Virus record (IMG/VR): IMGVR_UViG_3300013121_000005
Location: 96,001 to 160,000 of that record
Reading direction: 5' to 3' (one strand)
DNA: 64,000 bases
Origin: a virus
Taxonomy: Duplodnaviria; Caudoviricetes
The notes beneath the pieces are model-generated. The model worked only from the letters and a program-made list of their open reading frames with translations. It made no database searches and was not told where the DNA came from. Made by a program: the position numbers and the translations under genes. Below, piece after piece: positions 35,570 through 45,305 of the stretch. Numbering within the stretch: position 1 is the first letter of the stretch; each line of letters starts with the position of its first letter.

Positions 35570-36295
35570 ATGGGATCTCCTCGTGAATTGGATAGCTACA
35601 TTTACCGGATGGGCACTGCGCCCAACACCCGTGTTGCCGTTAGCCAGAAGAACAAGGTCTATGGCTACATGGTGGGCAAGCAGAAGTTCCAGCAGATCGG
35701 AGTGATCTCGGAGTTCGGCTTCGACGAGTCGAGGACCATTGACCCGGTTCGTGGCGTCGGCTTTGGTGATCAGGTCGCTGAGCTGGTGCCTGGCGTCACG
35801 GAGCCAATGACACTCACGCTGAACCGTACATTGCTCTACACCGTGAACATCTTTCAGGTTCTCGGGTACAAGGGTGGTGTTGAGGGTCTTGTGAGGTCGC
35901 TCCGTCATCACCGCTGGCCGTTTGACCTCAAGCAAGAGTTGGTCTTCTCCGAGATCAGCTCAAGGGATGACGTTGTGGGGGTCCCCGTTGCCCCGAAGCA
36001 AGCTGTTCAACTTCCCAGTGGGGTTCAGAACCTTGCTACCAATGCCATCAAGGCGCTTTTCACTTTCTATGAGGGCTGCTGGCTCAACAGCTACAGTGCC
36101 TCGTTTACATCGGACGCCGCGATGGTTGCTGAGAACAGCTCCGTTACGGTAACTGACATCATTGACGGGTTCTCGAACTACAGCGAGTTCATGGACACGG
36201 GGCTAGCTCCAATTGGTTCCAATGGGGCTGCTGGTGCAGGGTACTCTCTTCGGTTCTCTGGTGGGGCGTCGCCTAATACAACGGTTGGCGCGTAA
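35570..36295 (+). CDS. tail tube protein
   Basis: IGVISEF..DESR..DPVRGVG...ELVPG...LTLNRTLLY...PFDL...YEGCWLNSYS...E..SVTVTD; lies before chaperones and tape measure. Confidence 0.8.
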   Translation: MGSPRELDSYIYRMGTAPNTRVAVSQKNKVYGYMVGKQKFQQIGVISEFGFDESRTIDPVRGVGFGDQVAELVPGVTEPMTLTLNRTLLYTVNIFQVLGYKGGVEGLVRSLRHHRWPFDLKQELVFSEISSRDDVVGVPVAPKQAVQLPSGVQNLATNAIKALFTFYEGCWLNSYSASFTSDAAMVAENSSVTVTDIIDGFSNYSEFMDTGLAPIGSNGAAGAGYSLRFSGGASPNTTVGA

Positions 36296-36304
36296 CTTTA
36301 ACTA

Positions 36305-36465
36305 GAGACCTTCGGTTTCCCCCTAACAGAGAGTGGACAAGCGGTTGGATGTGGATGTAGATGTATACAGACAAACCAGACCAGATTTAGATCGGTTTCC
36401 TTCGGTTTTCACCTAGATTGAATCCAGATGTACACCTACCCCCTCCTTCCCGCTCTGTCCTTCTC
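36305..36465 (+). ncRNA. candidate structured RNA/leader with long RRAY array
   Basis: GAGAG..GGACAAGCGG (36329-36344) pairs with CCGCT-C-TGTCC-TTCTC (36450-36465) and encloses about ten GGAT/AGAT/AGAC/AAAC units; small hairpin at 36305. Confidence 0.5.
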
Positions 36466-36491
36466 CACACCCTCAACTAAGGTGCGAGAGA

Positions 36492-37685
36492 ATGGCAACC
36501 CTTTCGGCAAAGAAAATCAAAGATGCGCTCAAGAAGGCGCAGAACGTTGGGCAGGTAGAGGAATCGATTACCATCGACGGGTGTGAGATTGTTCTTCAAA
36601 GTCTCACACCGGATGGCTATGCAGCAGTCAGCACGGACATTGATGAGATTCCAGAAGGAATCGGCTACCTCAATGCATTCAAGCGCGAGCACCTAGCCCG
36701 GTCGCTTGTGGAGGTCAACGGAGTTAGTCTTCGCGGGGTGGACCTGGTTGAGGTTGAGGTTGAGGAGTTTGACCCCAAAACGCAGCAGCCTGTTCTCAAG
36801 TTGGTTAAGGTAGAACGGCATGCTTTTGTCCGGGACCATGTTATCAATACATGGGCGCGAGAAGCGATTGACGTTGCGTTTCGTAAGTTCAACGAAGTAG
36901 TGGGTAAGGCTGAAAAGCTGGCTTCTGCTGGGGTGACTTTTTCGATTCCAGATGAGACCGAGGCTGAGAAGTATCGTCGGCTCCTTGTTGAAGCTAAGGA
37001 AGTTGAAGGGTCTATCCCAGTAGAGGTCTCTACTCGAATTCGAGGGGACCTTGGGTTTATCGTCTCACCCCAACCTACGGAATATGCAGCAGCTACGGAC
37101 AGGCTGTCTAAGTTGGCGGAGCAAGAAGGGGGTAGGCCAGAGGAGCGCAAGACCGTTGAGGGGTCTTCTGATGCCTCGCAAGGGGCTCGGGTAACTCCTC
37201 CTGCCCCTTCCCCCCCTCCTCCTGCCCCTTCCCCCCCTGCTCAGGTCGAACAGGAGGTGTTGCTTGTTCGACCCGCAGTCCCTATCCCGGGTTATACCCC
37301 TCCTACCCCTGAGGAGTTGATGGCAGGGAGGCAACCTCTCAATCGGGTTCCAGTCCCAGTTCCAGTCCCAGCCTCAGTTGCTACAGCAGCAGCCCCCCCT
37401 CCTAACATTCAAGTTAAGCCAGTCCTCCCAGCCTCTGAGGCAGCTCTTCGGAGAGCGGCTGAAATTGCAGCCCTGGAGGGGGAAGTTGGAGGCGACGATC
37501 CTTCTGCCTATTCTGTTGAAGGCGGGACGTGGTTTCCTGGGCAGAACCCTGGGGGTGGAAATTCCCAGGCTATAGAGTTGTCTCGTCAGCAGCCTAAGCT
37601 AGACCCGAAAGAGGCTGAGCGTATCATTGACCAACCCCCTATAGCGGGCATTAACCCTAGATTTCGCCCTCCGCCTAGGATTTGA
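36492..37685 (+). CDS. tail assembly chaperone with Pro-rich disordered tail
   Basis: follows tube gene; IVLQSLT...LARSLVEVNG...W...ID..F pattern. Confidence 0.6.
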   Translation: MATLSAKKIKDALKKAQNVGQVEESITIDGCEIVLQSLTPDGYAAVSTDIDEIPEGIGYLNAFKREHLARSLVEVNGVSLRGVDLVEVEVEEFDPKTQQPVLKLVKVERHAFVRDHVINTWAREAIDVAFRKFNEVVGKAEKLASAGVTFSIPDETEAEKYRRLLVEAKEVEGSIPVEVSTRIRGDLGFIVSPQPTEYAAATDRLSKLAEQEGGRPEERKTVEGSSDASQGARVTPPAPSPPPPAPSPPAQVEQEVLLVRPAVPIPGYTPPTPEELMAGRQPLNRVPVPVPVPASVATAAAPPPNIQVKPVLPASEAALRRAAEIAALEGEVGGDDPSAYSVEGGTWFPGQNPGGGNSQAIELSRQQPKLDPKEAERIIDQPPIAGINPRFRPPPRI

Positions 37686-37687
37686 GA

Positions 37688-38977
37688 ATGGGTTCGTCTC
37701 AAATCAATGAGGCGATTAATCGGATAGTCCAAGGGGAGGAGGAAGCAGCCCCTCCCCTTGATGACGAAGGTATTCGTATTCCCATCTCTAAGGAGCCTGA
37801 GGTAGACCCTAAGGTATACCGGGATGTGGAGAGCCTCTTATTCCGTGGGTTCCTGACCTTTTCGGGGGAGGTCAATGGCGTTTCCTTTGTGTTCAAGTCT
37901 TTGAACCACCATGAATTTGAAACGGTCCAGTGGATTTCAGGGGCAGAGGTCGCAAACGAAAGATACTACAACACTTTTTTGGCTTTCGGCGTCTTCATGC
38001 TTGAAGGACAGAACATCCTTCTTGAGAGGGAGCGTTGGCTCCCAAGTATCATCGAGACTTTCGGCAGTCTCCCTTCTGTAGCTAAGTCTAAAATCGTTAG
38101 GTATCTCAGCGAGGTCAATAGAAGGGCGGCGAATGCGGTAATTCTGACTGAGGCGTACCAAATGGAGCCCTTTTCTAGGTTTCGGTGGGCCCAATTGCAC
38201 GGTATTGACTTGGGGTCTACTGCGGTTTCGGGGATCCCTGGGAGTGCGAATCTTGGTATGAACTTTGGGCAACTCGCATGGAGAGCCCTCAACTATTACG
38301 CGGACCTGAAAGACCGGGCAGAGCGTGAGTGGGACCACGCGAAGTTTGTGGGTGGATGTTTCGTGGGCGGTAAGGAAATCCGTAAGATTCACAACCAAGA
38401 CCAGGAACGTCGTAGGAAGGAGAAAGAGGAGAAGGCGGAGCGGAAAGACAAGCTGATCCGGCAGATCCTACTTGGGGAGGATCCCGAGAAAGAAGCTAAG
38501 GATGGGCCTGTCAGAATTGTGGCGAGGACGGTTGAGGAGTTGGCGTCTCAGTTGGAGCGTGACCTTCGAGGGGAGCGTGACTGGCACGATGAGATTGTAG
38601 CTCGGGAAGAGGAGAGGATTCGAGCTTCCATTCGGGATCGTCAGGTAAAACTTCGTCAGCTAGTTAAGTCTCGGGAGGCAGAGAGCCGTTCTTCGTTGGC
38701 GTCTTCTACTGATATGTCCGGGTTGTCGCGTGAGGAAGTGCAGGAACGCATTTTGAGACAACGCCAGCTTCAAGCTCAGCAGGCAGCGTCCCAACTTGTG
38801 TACCCTGAAATGATGGATGAACGAATGGAAGGTTTCCTGGGTAAGTACGTGGAGCCAGAGGATCATACTTATGGATCCGGTGCTGTGAAGAGCACCGTGC
38901 AACCAACCAATCGGGACCCTTCGTCGGCTCAAGAGTTACCCCCAGCACGTCCACGTGGGACCCCTTTTCGGAGATGA
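37688..38977 (+). CDS. second tail assembly chaperone-like protein
   Basis: between chaperone and tape measure; FVFKSLN..E, MN.GQ.AW..LN motifs; coiled coils. Confidence 0.55.
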   Translation: MGSSQINEAINRIVQGEEEAAPPLDDEGIRIPISKEPEVDPKVYRDVESLLFRGFLTFSGEVNGVSFVFKSLNHHEFETVQWISGAEVANERYYNTFLAFGVFMLEGQNILLERERWLPSIIETFGSLPSVAKSKIVRYLSEVNRRAANAVILTEAYQMEPFSRFRWAQLHGIDLGSTAVSGIPGSANLGMNFGQLAWRALNYYADLKDRAEREWDHAKFVGGCFVGGKEIRKIHNQDQERRRKEKEEKAERKDKLIRQILLGEDPEKEAKDGPVRIVARTVEELASQLERDLRGERDWHDEIVAREEERIRASIRDRQVKLRQLVKSREAESRSSLASSTDMSGLSREEVQERILRQRQLQAQQAASQLVYPEMMDERMEGFLGKYVEPEDHTYGSGAVKSTVQPTNRDPSSAQELPPARPRGTPFRR

Positions 38978-38980
38978 CGT

Positions 38981-41900
38981 ATGGCTTCTCGTGAGGAACT
39001 CGATCTCGCTTTCAATGTCGAGCTGAACACGCGCAAGCTTGTTACGCAGATGGCCGCTTTTGACCGGTCTATCCAGCGTACCTCAATGGACCTTGGTAAT
39101 CTGTCGAAGAAGGCTAGTGCTTTTGGGCGAAGCTACGAAGCTAACTTCAAGAGTGCCGAAGAGGCTATGGACCAGTTTCGGAAGACGGTTATTAAGAATG
39201 AGAGTCGCATTCGTAACGCCCGTCTGGATGAGGAAAAAGCTTCTACCGAGGACGAACGGAAGGCCGCCGCTGAACGGTTGAGTATTGCTGAAAAGGCTGC
39301 TAGCCAAGCTATTCGACTAGCGCGTGAAACTGCTCAGGAGTCAATCAAGCTAGCCCGGGAGTCAGCTAAAGAGGCCCAGAAGGTGTTGATCCAGTCCATG
39401 GACTTTGGGGCTCTCACTCAGGAGTTCTCGAAGGCTGCTGCAAAGACGGACTGGACAGAGTTTCGGGACAATCTTCAGAACGAGCTGAAAGAAGGTTTGG
39501 AGGAAGGGTTTGACTCCTTCAAGGGCAAGGACCTATCGGGGATCATTAAAGGGTCTGGGAAGTTCGGGTCTGCTCTTCTGAAGGGACTTGGGGCTGGGGG
39601 TGGTGCAGCTTTGGTGCGAGGTGGCGCAAAGCTGCAAGAACGTGGTGCTGATATGGGAGGGAAGGGAGGCGCTGCTCTCAAGCTCGTTGGGAGTGCGATG
39701 GGCAGGTTGGGGCCCGTCCTTGGTACCGTCGCGAAGCTGGGACCCTTGGTAGCAAGTGCTGCCTCAATTTTTGCAGCCCTGGTCAAGACTGTACTTGATG
39801 TAGAAGCGGCGGCGAAGGGGATGAACAAGGAAATCCTAGAGTCTGCGGGGGCTGCGGACATCTTGTATGAGCACGGAGGGGATGCCCAAGGGGCCTTCAA
39901 AGAGTTGGACAAGACGTTCGATAGGATTCGAGCTGACGCTACAAACATCGCCGAGAATATCAAGTTCGGCATGAAAGCCGAAGACATCATCAACGTCACT
40001 AAGGGTTTCAATCAAGCAGGGGTATCCCTTTCGTCGTTGAACAAGTCTTTCTCTAATGCTGGGAATGCAGCAGAGGTTGCTGGGGCTCAAATCCAAGGGT
40101 TTGGTGACCTTGCTCGTATGAGCTTTATCTACTCCCGGATAATGGGGGTGGGGCTTTCAGAGATTACTGAGCTACAAGGGGAGATGTTCACAGAACTGGG
40201 CATGAGTCTCTCCGGGATTCGATTGCAGTTTGCTACAATGACGAAAGATGCGACAGAGGGAGGTATTGCCACCAACAAGTTCTTCAACATCATTCGTGGT
40301 ATCTCTGCCGACCTGGCGCTTTACACAACGCGCATGGGGCAAGCTACGACAATGCTGAAGCTCCTTGGAAAGGTGATGAATCCCCGGGAAGCTCAGAAAT
40401 TCATGCAGACGGCTGTCCAGGGCCTCAAGCAGATGGGGGAGGAAGACCGTATTCGCCTCACACTTCTTGCGGGCGAGGGGAAGATGAGGGAAGTCATTAC
40501 CAAGGACTTGAACCGGAAGACGAAGCTGGCTTATGCGGATTTGGCTAGTGCCTCGGGTCAGACTCTTGAGAAGGTTTCCAGAGCGGCGGCGGCCGGAGGG
40601 GATGAGATCGAAGAGATCCTAGCGAAGGTTCCGAAGGAACAAGCTGCTGCATTCCGAAGTGCAATGGCAGAGATGAAGATGGACAAGAATGCCATGCAAA
40701 AGGGAGGGCTGGTGGGTGTTTCCGAAGCAGCCTCCAACCTTTCTGCGGCCGGATCCCTTACAGCTACTAAAGCAGCTCTTCAGCGATTCGGGGGTAACAA
40801 GAAACTTTCTGAGATGACAGGTCTTCAAGCTCTGGCAGCTCGAAAGGCATCGGGCACATCCTTGGAGCAATTCCGAAGCATGGCCAAGATGGAGCAGGCT
40901 GTAGATGAACAGAAAGAGGTAATGCGAAAAGCGTTTGAGGCGCAGAAGAGTGGATCGGTCAACGAGGAGCAAACGAAGATTCTTGCTAGGTTGGAGGCAA
41001 TCGACATCACCTCAGCGGATCAGCTTAAAGCCGCAGATGACGCTGATATCATTGCGGCAATGGACCGTACGAGTCAAGAGGCCATTGCTGCCGCTGCGGA
41101 ACAGAAGGACTATGCTGCTGAAACCGCTAAGGCTACTTCCACGGTCGCAGATAAGTTGGAAGTCGTCATTGAGGGCATCTTCGAGTACCTCTTTGTTGCC
41201 TTGAAGGATGTCCTTTCAGACTTGAACGAGTTCATCAATCTTGTTGCTGCTTACACGAGAACAGCACGACCAGAGAAGGAAACTCGGGATCGTCTTCGTG
41301 CAGGTAGAACTGCTAGTAACGGGAAGCTAATTGACGCTTTGCAGCGTGCAGCAGCAGGGGATGCGCCGGGGAATCTTGGCGACAAGTTGCGTACTGTCAT
41401 TGAGCCTGCCTTTGCAAAGGGGATGAGTCAATCTGCTGAGGAGTCCAAGAAGGCTTTTGAAACAGCCTCGGTTGAGGCCGCAAAGAAGGCGAAGGGGGCG
41501 GGTCTCACGAAAGAGGAAATGGAGGCTGCCGTTAAGAACGGGCAGGAGGCGTATAGCAAGGCGTCTGCTGAACAGCAGATGGGGGGTAAGGCGCAGAACG
41601 ATCTTTCGGAAATCGCGGCGATTGCAAGTAAGGACCTCCTCCAGAAGTCTGCTCAATTCTCGGAAATCGACACGGACAAGAAGGCCAAGTTTCAGGCTGC
41701 TTTGGGACAAGGTAGGAGCCTCTCTGGTGCCGCAAATGAGGCTGGGCTTTCTGCTAAGGACATGCAGGGGCTCATGGAGGAAACCCTTAAACGAATGAGC
41801 CCTGAAGACCTCGCACGGCTTGCGCCGAAGCTTCAGACCGTCGAAGCAGGGTTTGGAGGTATAAAGAATCGTCCTCAGCTACCTCCAGGGACTCCTGTGG

Positions 41901-42547
41901 CAGGTGGGGGGTCGTCCGCAGCCGCAGTGCCGTCCGCAGCGGGAGTAGGGGGGTCGTCTGCGTCTCCAGGGGTAGCTGTTGCTGCACCCCCTCCAACTAA
42001 GGGGGAGCAAGCAATCGTCGAGCAAATGGGGGAAGGTAACATTGATGTCGTTAGTAGCCTGAAGGATCTGTGGAGTTTGATGTCTCAGAAGGGCATCAAA
42101 CTCAACCAATCCTGGATGGATACGAAGTACAAGGATGTGATCGAGAAAGGGGCTCTTGAAGCTATTCGTAAGGGGCTAACTGAGTATGCTGTTTACACGG
42201 CAGAAGACCCTCAAAAGATCCTTGATCGAATGAAAGCGTCTGGGTTCACAGAAGTACAGGACCTGGCAAAGAAGTATGAGGATGACCGGGCTCGGCGCCT
42301 CGCAGGGAATGCTCAAGGGGGGTTGGTAACGTCTATTGGGGGAGGTCTTGCGAGGGTTGAGGCTGCCCCAGGAGAGGGTCTTGCCTCGATCGGTCCTGGG
42401 GAGCGCATTCTCCCACGAGGGGGTGGAGGCGGGGGCAATGTAGTTGTTAACGTGAATGGGATTGGGGGTGCGGATCTGGGCAACTACCTCAGGGCGAAGG
42501 TTGCAGATGCGATCTACGAGTATAAGCGTAAGGAGAAGTTCACCTAA
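38981..42547 (+). CDS. tape measure protein
   Basis: 1188 aa, Ala/Lys/Glu-rich helical; C-terminal GGLV..PGE.ILP..VVVNVNG; synteny. Confidence 0.85.
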   Translation: MASREELDLAFNVELNTRKLVTQMAAFDRSIQRTSMDLGNLSKKASAFGRSYEANFKSAEEAMDQFRKTVIKNESRIRNARLDEEKASTEDERKAAAERLSIAEKAASQAIRLARETAQESIKLARESAKEAQKVLIQSMDFGALTQEFSKAAAKTDWTEFRDNLQNELKEGLEEGFDSFKGKDLSGIIKGSGKFGSALLKGLGAGGGAALVRGGAKLQERGADMGGKGGAALKLVGSAMGRLGPVLGTVAKLGPLVASAASIFAALVKTVLDVEAAAKGMNKEILESAGAADILYEHGGDAQGAFKELDKTFDRIRADATNIAENIKFGMKAEDIINVTKGFNQAGVSLSSLNKSFSNAGNAAEVAGAQIQGFGDLARMSFIYSRIMGVGLSEITELQGEMFTELGMSLSGIRLQFATMTKDATEGGIATNKFFNIIRGISADLALYTTRMGQATTMLKLLGKVMNPREAQKFMQTAVQGLKQMGEEDRIRLTLLAGEGKMREVITKDLNRKTKLAYADLASASGQTLEKVSRAAAAGGDEIEEILAKVPKEQAAAFRSAMAEMKMDKNAMQKGGLVGVSEAASNLSAAGSLTATKAALQRFGGNKKLSEMTGLQALAARKASGTSLEQFRSMAKMEQAVDEQKEVMRKAFEAQKSGSVNEEQTKILARLEAIDITSADQLKAADDADIIAAMDRTSQEAIAAAAEQKDYAAETAKATSTVADKLEVVIEGIFEYLFVALKDVLSDLNEFINLVAAYTRTARPEKETRDRLRAGRTASNGKLIDALQRAAAGDAPGNLGDKLRTVIEPAFAKGMSQSAEESKKAFETASVEAAKKAKGAGLTKEEMEAAVKNGQEAYSKASAEQQMGGKAQNDLSEIAAIASKDLLQKSAQFSEIDTDKKAKFQAALGQGRSLSGAANEAGLSAKDMQGLMEETLKRMSPEDLARLAPKLQTVEAGFGGIKNRPQLPPGTPVAGGGSSAAAVPSAAGVGGSSASPGVAVAAPPPTKGEQAIVEQMGEGNIDVVSSLKDLWSLMSQKGIKLNQSWMDTKYKDVIEKGALEAIRKGLTEYAVYTAEDPQKILDRMKASGFTEVQDLAKKYEDDRARRLAGNAQGGLVTSIGGGLARVEAAPGEGLASIGPGERILPRGGGGGGNVVVNVNGIGGADLGNYLRAKVADAIYEYKRKEKFT

Positions 42548-43449
42548 TGCCTTATATTCGTTCGGCTAATCAGTCGAGATTCGACCCGCTGTTGAAGCCG
42601 GGGCCGGAGACGTATAGCCACGGGGCGGAGCGACGAAGTGGCTATATTCCTTTGGCTTTTCAGATCACTAGTCCGTACGACAACGCTACTTCGCTGCTTC
42701 CCCATGCTCTCATTTCTCACGTCAATCCGCAGAGTTTTGCGGAAACCTTCAACAAGAAGGTGGAGAGAATCCAGACCCGAGGGGGGTTTGTTGAACAGCA
42801 CTGGGGGGATGACCTTGGGGAGATCAGCGTAGACCAGTCAACTGGGGCATTTATCAACCTGTATACGGGTCTTTCGTCTATCCTACGACACCGAACGATT
42901 GCTTGGGATCGGTATCAGGACCTCTACGACTTGTTCCGGAATAACGGTTCTGTCTACGATCCCCATGGGAACATTGTACTCCAGGGGCATGTGTTGTTGA
43001 TGTATGACCGGGGGACTTACCTAGGTCATTTCAGGACGTTTTCGATGGAGGAGTCAGAAGAGACCCCGTTTGCCTTCAAGGTGTCCTGGACTTTTAAGGT
43101 TGTTGAGACGCTTTTCCAGGTCCCCCAGAACGCTCTTCAGGTTCCTGTGCGGCCCGCCGCTTTCCAGGCAAAGAATCAACTTCCGACGGATGCAGGTTCG
43201 ACAAATTATCAGGTTACGGCAAGGACTGAAGCAGAGAGGAAAGCGGGGGAAAAATCAGAGCGTGCCAACCAAGAGCTTCTGAATCGTGCCCAAAGCATTC
43301 AGGCGGAAGCTCAAAGTAGCACAGTGCAGGCCGCAGCTCAGGGGGCGGCTCAGACATTCCAGTCGGTTTCCTCGTTTATTAGTGGGTCGACAATCCCAAC
43401 TAAGGAGCCAACTCCTGTCGGCACTCCCGTGAAGCCAGTGAAGAGGTGA
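42547..43449 (+). CDS. baseplate tube-initiator-like protein
   Basis: VNPQSF...K..RIQTRGGFVEQHWGDDL...YLGHF.TF...E..PF tube-like fold, directly after tape measure. Confidence 0.6.
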   Translation: MPYIRSANQSRFDPLLKPGPETYSHGAERRSGYIPLAFQITSPYDNATSLLPHALISHVNPQSFAETFNKKVERIQTRGGFVEQHWGDDLGEISVDQSTGAFINLYTGLSSILRHRTIAWDRYQDLYDLFRNNGSVYDPHGNIVLQGHVLLMYDRGTYLGHFRTFSMEESEETPFAFKVSWTFKVVETLFQVPQNALQVPVRPAAFQAKNQLPTDAGSTNYQVTARTEAERKAGEKSERANQELLNRAQSIQAEAQSSTVQAAAQGAAQTFQSVSSFISGSTIPTKEPTPVGTPVKPVKR

Positions 43450-43452
43450 CCC

Positions 43453-45303
43453 TTGGATTCCTCTAAGATTCTTGACCAGATCGAGACTTCGGCAGACTAC
43501 TATGGTCCGGACATCTACGCTAAGTTACTGGGGTTTTACTCCAGTCTTACGCTTAAAGAGGACTCTCTTAGTTACGACTTCATCCCTGTTTCTGGGGTCA
43601 AGTCAAATCCGAAGCTTTTCGTAGTGGGGTTGATCCCACCTGCGGCAAATGTCTCTGGTAAGCTTTTGGACCGGTCAGCTTCAGTGGCGTCCGTTCTTGG
43701 GGCTCCAGAAGACCTAGCTACTGAGGTGGCTGCAAAGAAGGGTGCCCCTGGAGCTGGCGTGAAAGCGCCTCCTATGGGCAATGGAAGCGCTGGGGCTAGC
43801 CTTCCGGACTCCTTTTGGGACTCCTATGCTCGGATGTGTAACCGAATTGGAGCAGACCCTTATGCCCTAGCGGCTGTAATCCAAAGAGAAAGTGGTTTTC
43901 GCCCAGATGCCCAGAACAAAGTGGCTGGGAAAGACAAACCTCCTGTGGCCCAAGGGCTTCATCAGATGGTTTGGTCAACGGCTAAGAACTACATGAGCAA
44001 GGAGCAATGGGATAACCTAGCTAACACCTCGGCTGAATCCCAGCTTGAGTACGTGGAGAAGTATTTTCGGGGACGGGCTCGGGGTAAGAATGCAGCCCAG
44101 CTTTATGCCATGAATTTGGGAGGTTACCCCAACCCAGATGGGTCAGCTTATGCGAGTAAAGCGGCTCAAGCTGAGTGGATTGCAGCCCATCCTGGGGATG
44201 CTGGGAAGTTCAAGAACCCAGATTACCAGGACCTAGCTGTCAAGCAGAACCCTGGTATTGGGGATGGGCAGAAGATATTCTCGTCAGACCTTGCAAAATT
44301 CGTTGAGGGGGGCCCCCCAGCAGTGCTTCGGACGAAAATCGACGAAGCACTGAAACGGGTAGGTATTGACAAGGGGTCTCTTGAAGCCCCTCCGGTGGAG
44401 ATTAGTAGCGGAGATTGGAAAGACAAGGGTAGTTCAAACGCCTCGGAGTTCAATAAGCTTCAGGCGAAGCTTCAGGACAATAGCCTTGCAAGAGATAATC
44501 TTGGGCAGAGATTTCTTCAGGCGCAGCAAGCTGAGATTGACGTTACGCGCCAAGCACTGGACAACATGCGGAACACTCCGCCTCTTCGGCTACTGGTTAA
44601 CCCTGCGTCTTTCAAGGTTAGTAGCGAGAAAATTGCTTCAGATGGGAATTGGACTCGTGATGGGGCTGTGATTGAGTTCTGGGGGGATAACCAGGATAAG
44701 CTGGAAGCTTCAGGTCGAGTGGCTGGGTTTTTTGCGATTGACTCTAACCCCCCTGAGGAGGATTCAGAGGGTGGGCCTGGGCTTACCCGAGTCGCACGTA
44801 ACTTCAGTGCAGCCTACCATAACTTGCTATCTCTTTGGCTGCTCTACCGTAACAATGCAGGGTTGTACTTGGAAGGTTTGGATGGGACTGAGCGGGCTCG
44901 CCTTTCAATGGTGGGGTCCGTCTACATCTTCTATGATGATATCTTGTACTTAGGCTCGTTTGACAGCTTCAATCTTACTGAATCTGATGACAAGCCCTTC
45001 TCTTTGGAGTACAACTTCGAGTTCACTGTTCGGTCTACGTTTATCCTTGACCGACCGGATGACCCCAGGATTTCGTCTATGACCGCATCAGGGTCAACTC
45101 CAATGGGGAACCAGACGCTTTTCCCTCCAACTGGCGGGGAGGTGCGCTTGCCAGAAACAGGATTCCAAGAGATGATCCCAGACAATGAGGTTCGTCGTCT
45201 TTTCCCTGACCCTAGAGGTTTGTCTGGAGAGACTCTCAGTCTGGAGACTGGAGTTCAGAAGGATGCTGTTGCCCCTAGACCCGCGAAGGGGGCGAGAAAG
45301 TAG
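43453..45303 (+). CDS. lytic transglycosylase fused to tube-initiator-like domain
   Basis: LAAVIQRESGFRPDAQN..AQGLHQM (SLT motifs); C-terminal VNPASF..TRDG..EFWGD..YLGSF.SF..E..PF paralogous to the previous gene. Confidence 0.8.
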   Translation: MDSSKILDQIETSADYYGPDIYAKLLGFYSSLTLKEDSLSYDFIPVSGVKSNPKLFVVGLIPPAANVSGKLLDRSASVASVLGAPEDLATEVAAKKGAPGAGVKAPPMGNGSAGASLPDSFWDSYARMCNRIGADPYALAAVIQRESGFRPDAQNKVAGKDKPPVAQGLHQMVWSTAKNYMSKEQWDNLANTSAESQLEYVEKYFRGRARGKNAAQLYAMNLGGYPNPDGSAYASKAAQAEWIAAHPGDAGKFKNPDYQDLAVKQNPGIGDGQKIFSSDLAKFVEGGPPAVLRTKIDEALKRVGIDKGSLEAPPVEISSGDWKDKGSSNASEFNKLQAKLQDNSLARDNLGQRFLQAQQAEIDVTRQALDNMRNTPPLRLLVNPASFKVSSEKIASDGNWTRDGAVIEFWGDNQDKLEASGRVAGFFAIDSNPPEEDSEGGPGLTRVARNFSAAYHNLLSLWLLYRNNAGLYLEGLDGTERARLSMVGSVYIFYDDILYLGSFDSFNLTESDDKPFSLEYNFEFTVRSTFILDRPDDPRISSMTASGSTPMGNQTLFPPTGGEVRLPETGFQEMIPDNEVRRLFPDPRGLSGETLSLETGVQKDAVAPRPAKGARK

Positions 45304-45305
45304 CT

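Noticed and set aside
36345-36416. small ORF LDVDVDVYRQTRPDLDRFPSVFT as the explanation of the hexamer array
   Set aside because: short, no ATG or clear SD, and the units change frame; the same units occur in other non-coding leaders
37196-37240. C-rich duplicated tract and other short coding repeats (4961-5000, 17626-17670, 58922-58975)
   Set aside because: ordinary slippage in Pro-rich, charged or coiled-coil linkers
37600-37700. programmed -1 frameshift between tail chaperones (lambda G/GT type)
   Set aside because: no clear X XXY YYZ slippery site at the junction; the second ORF has its own start
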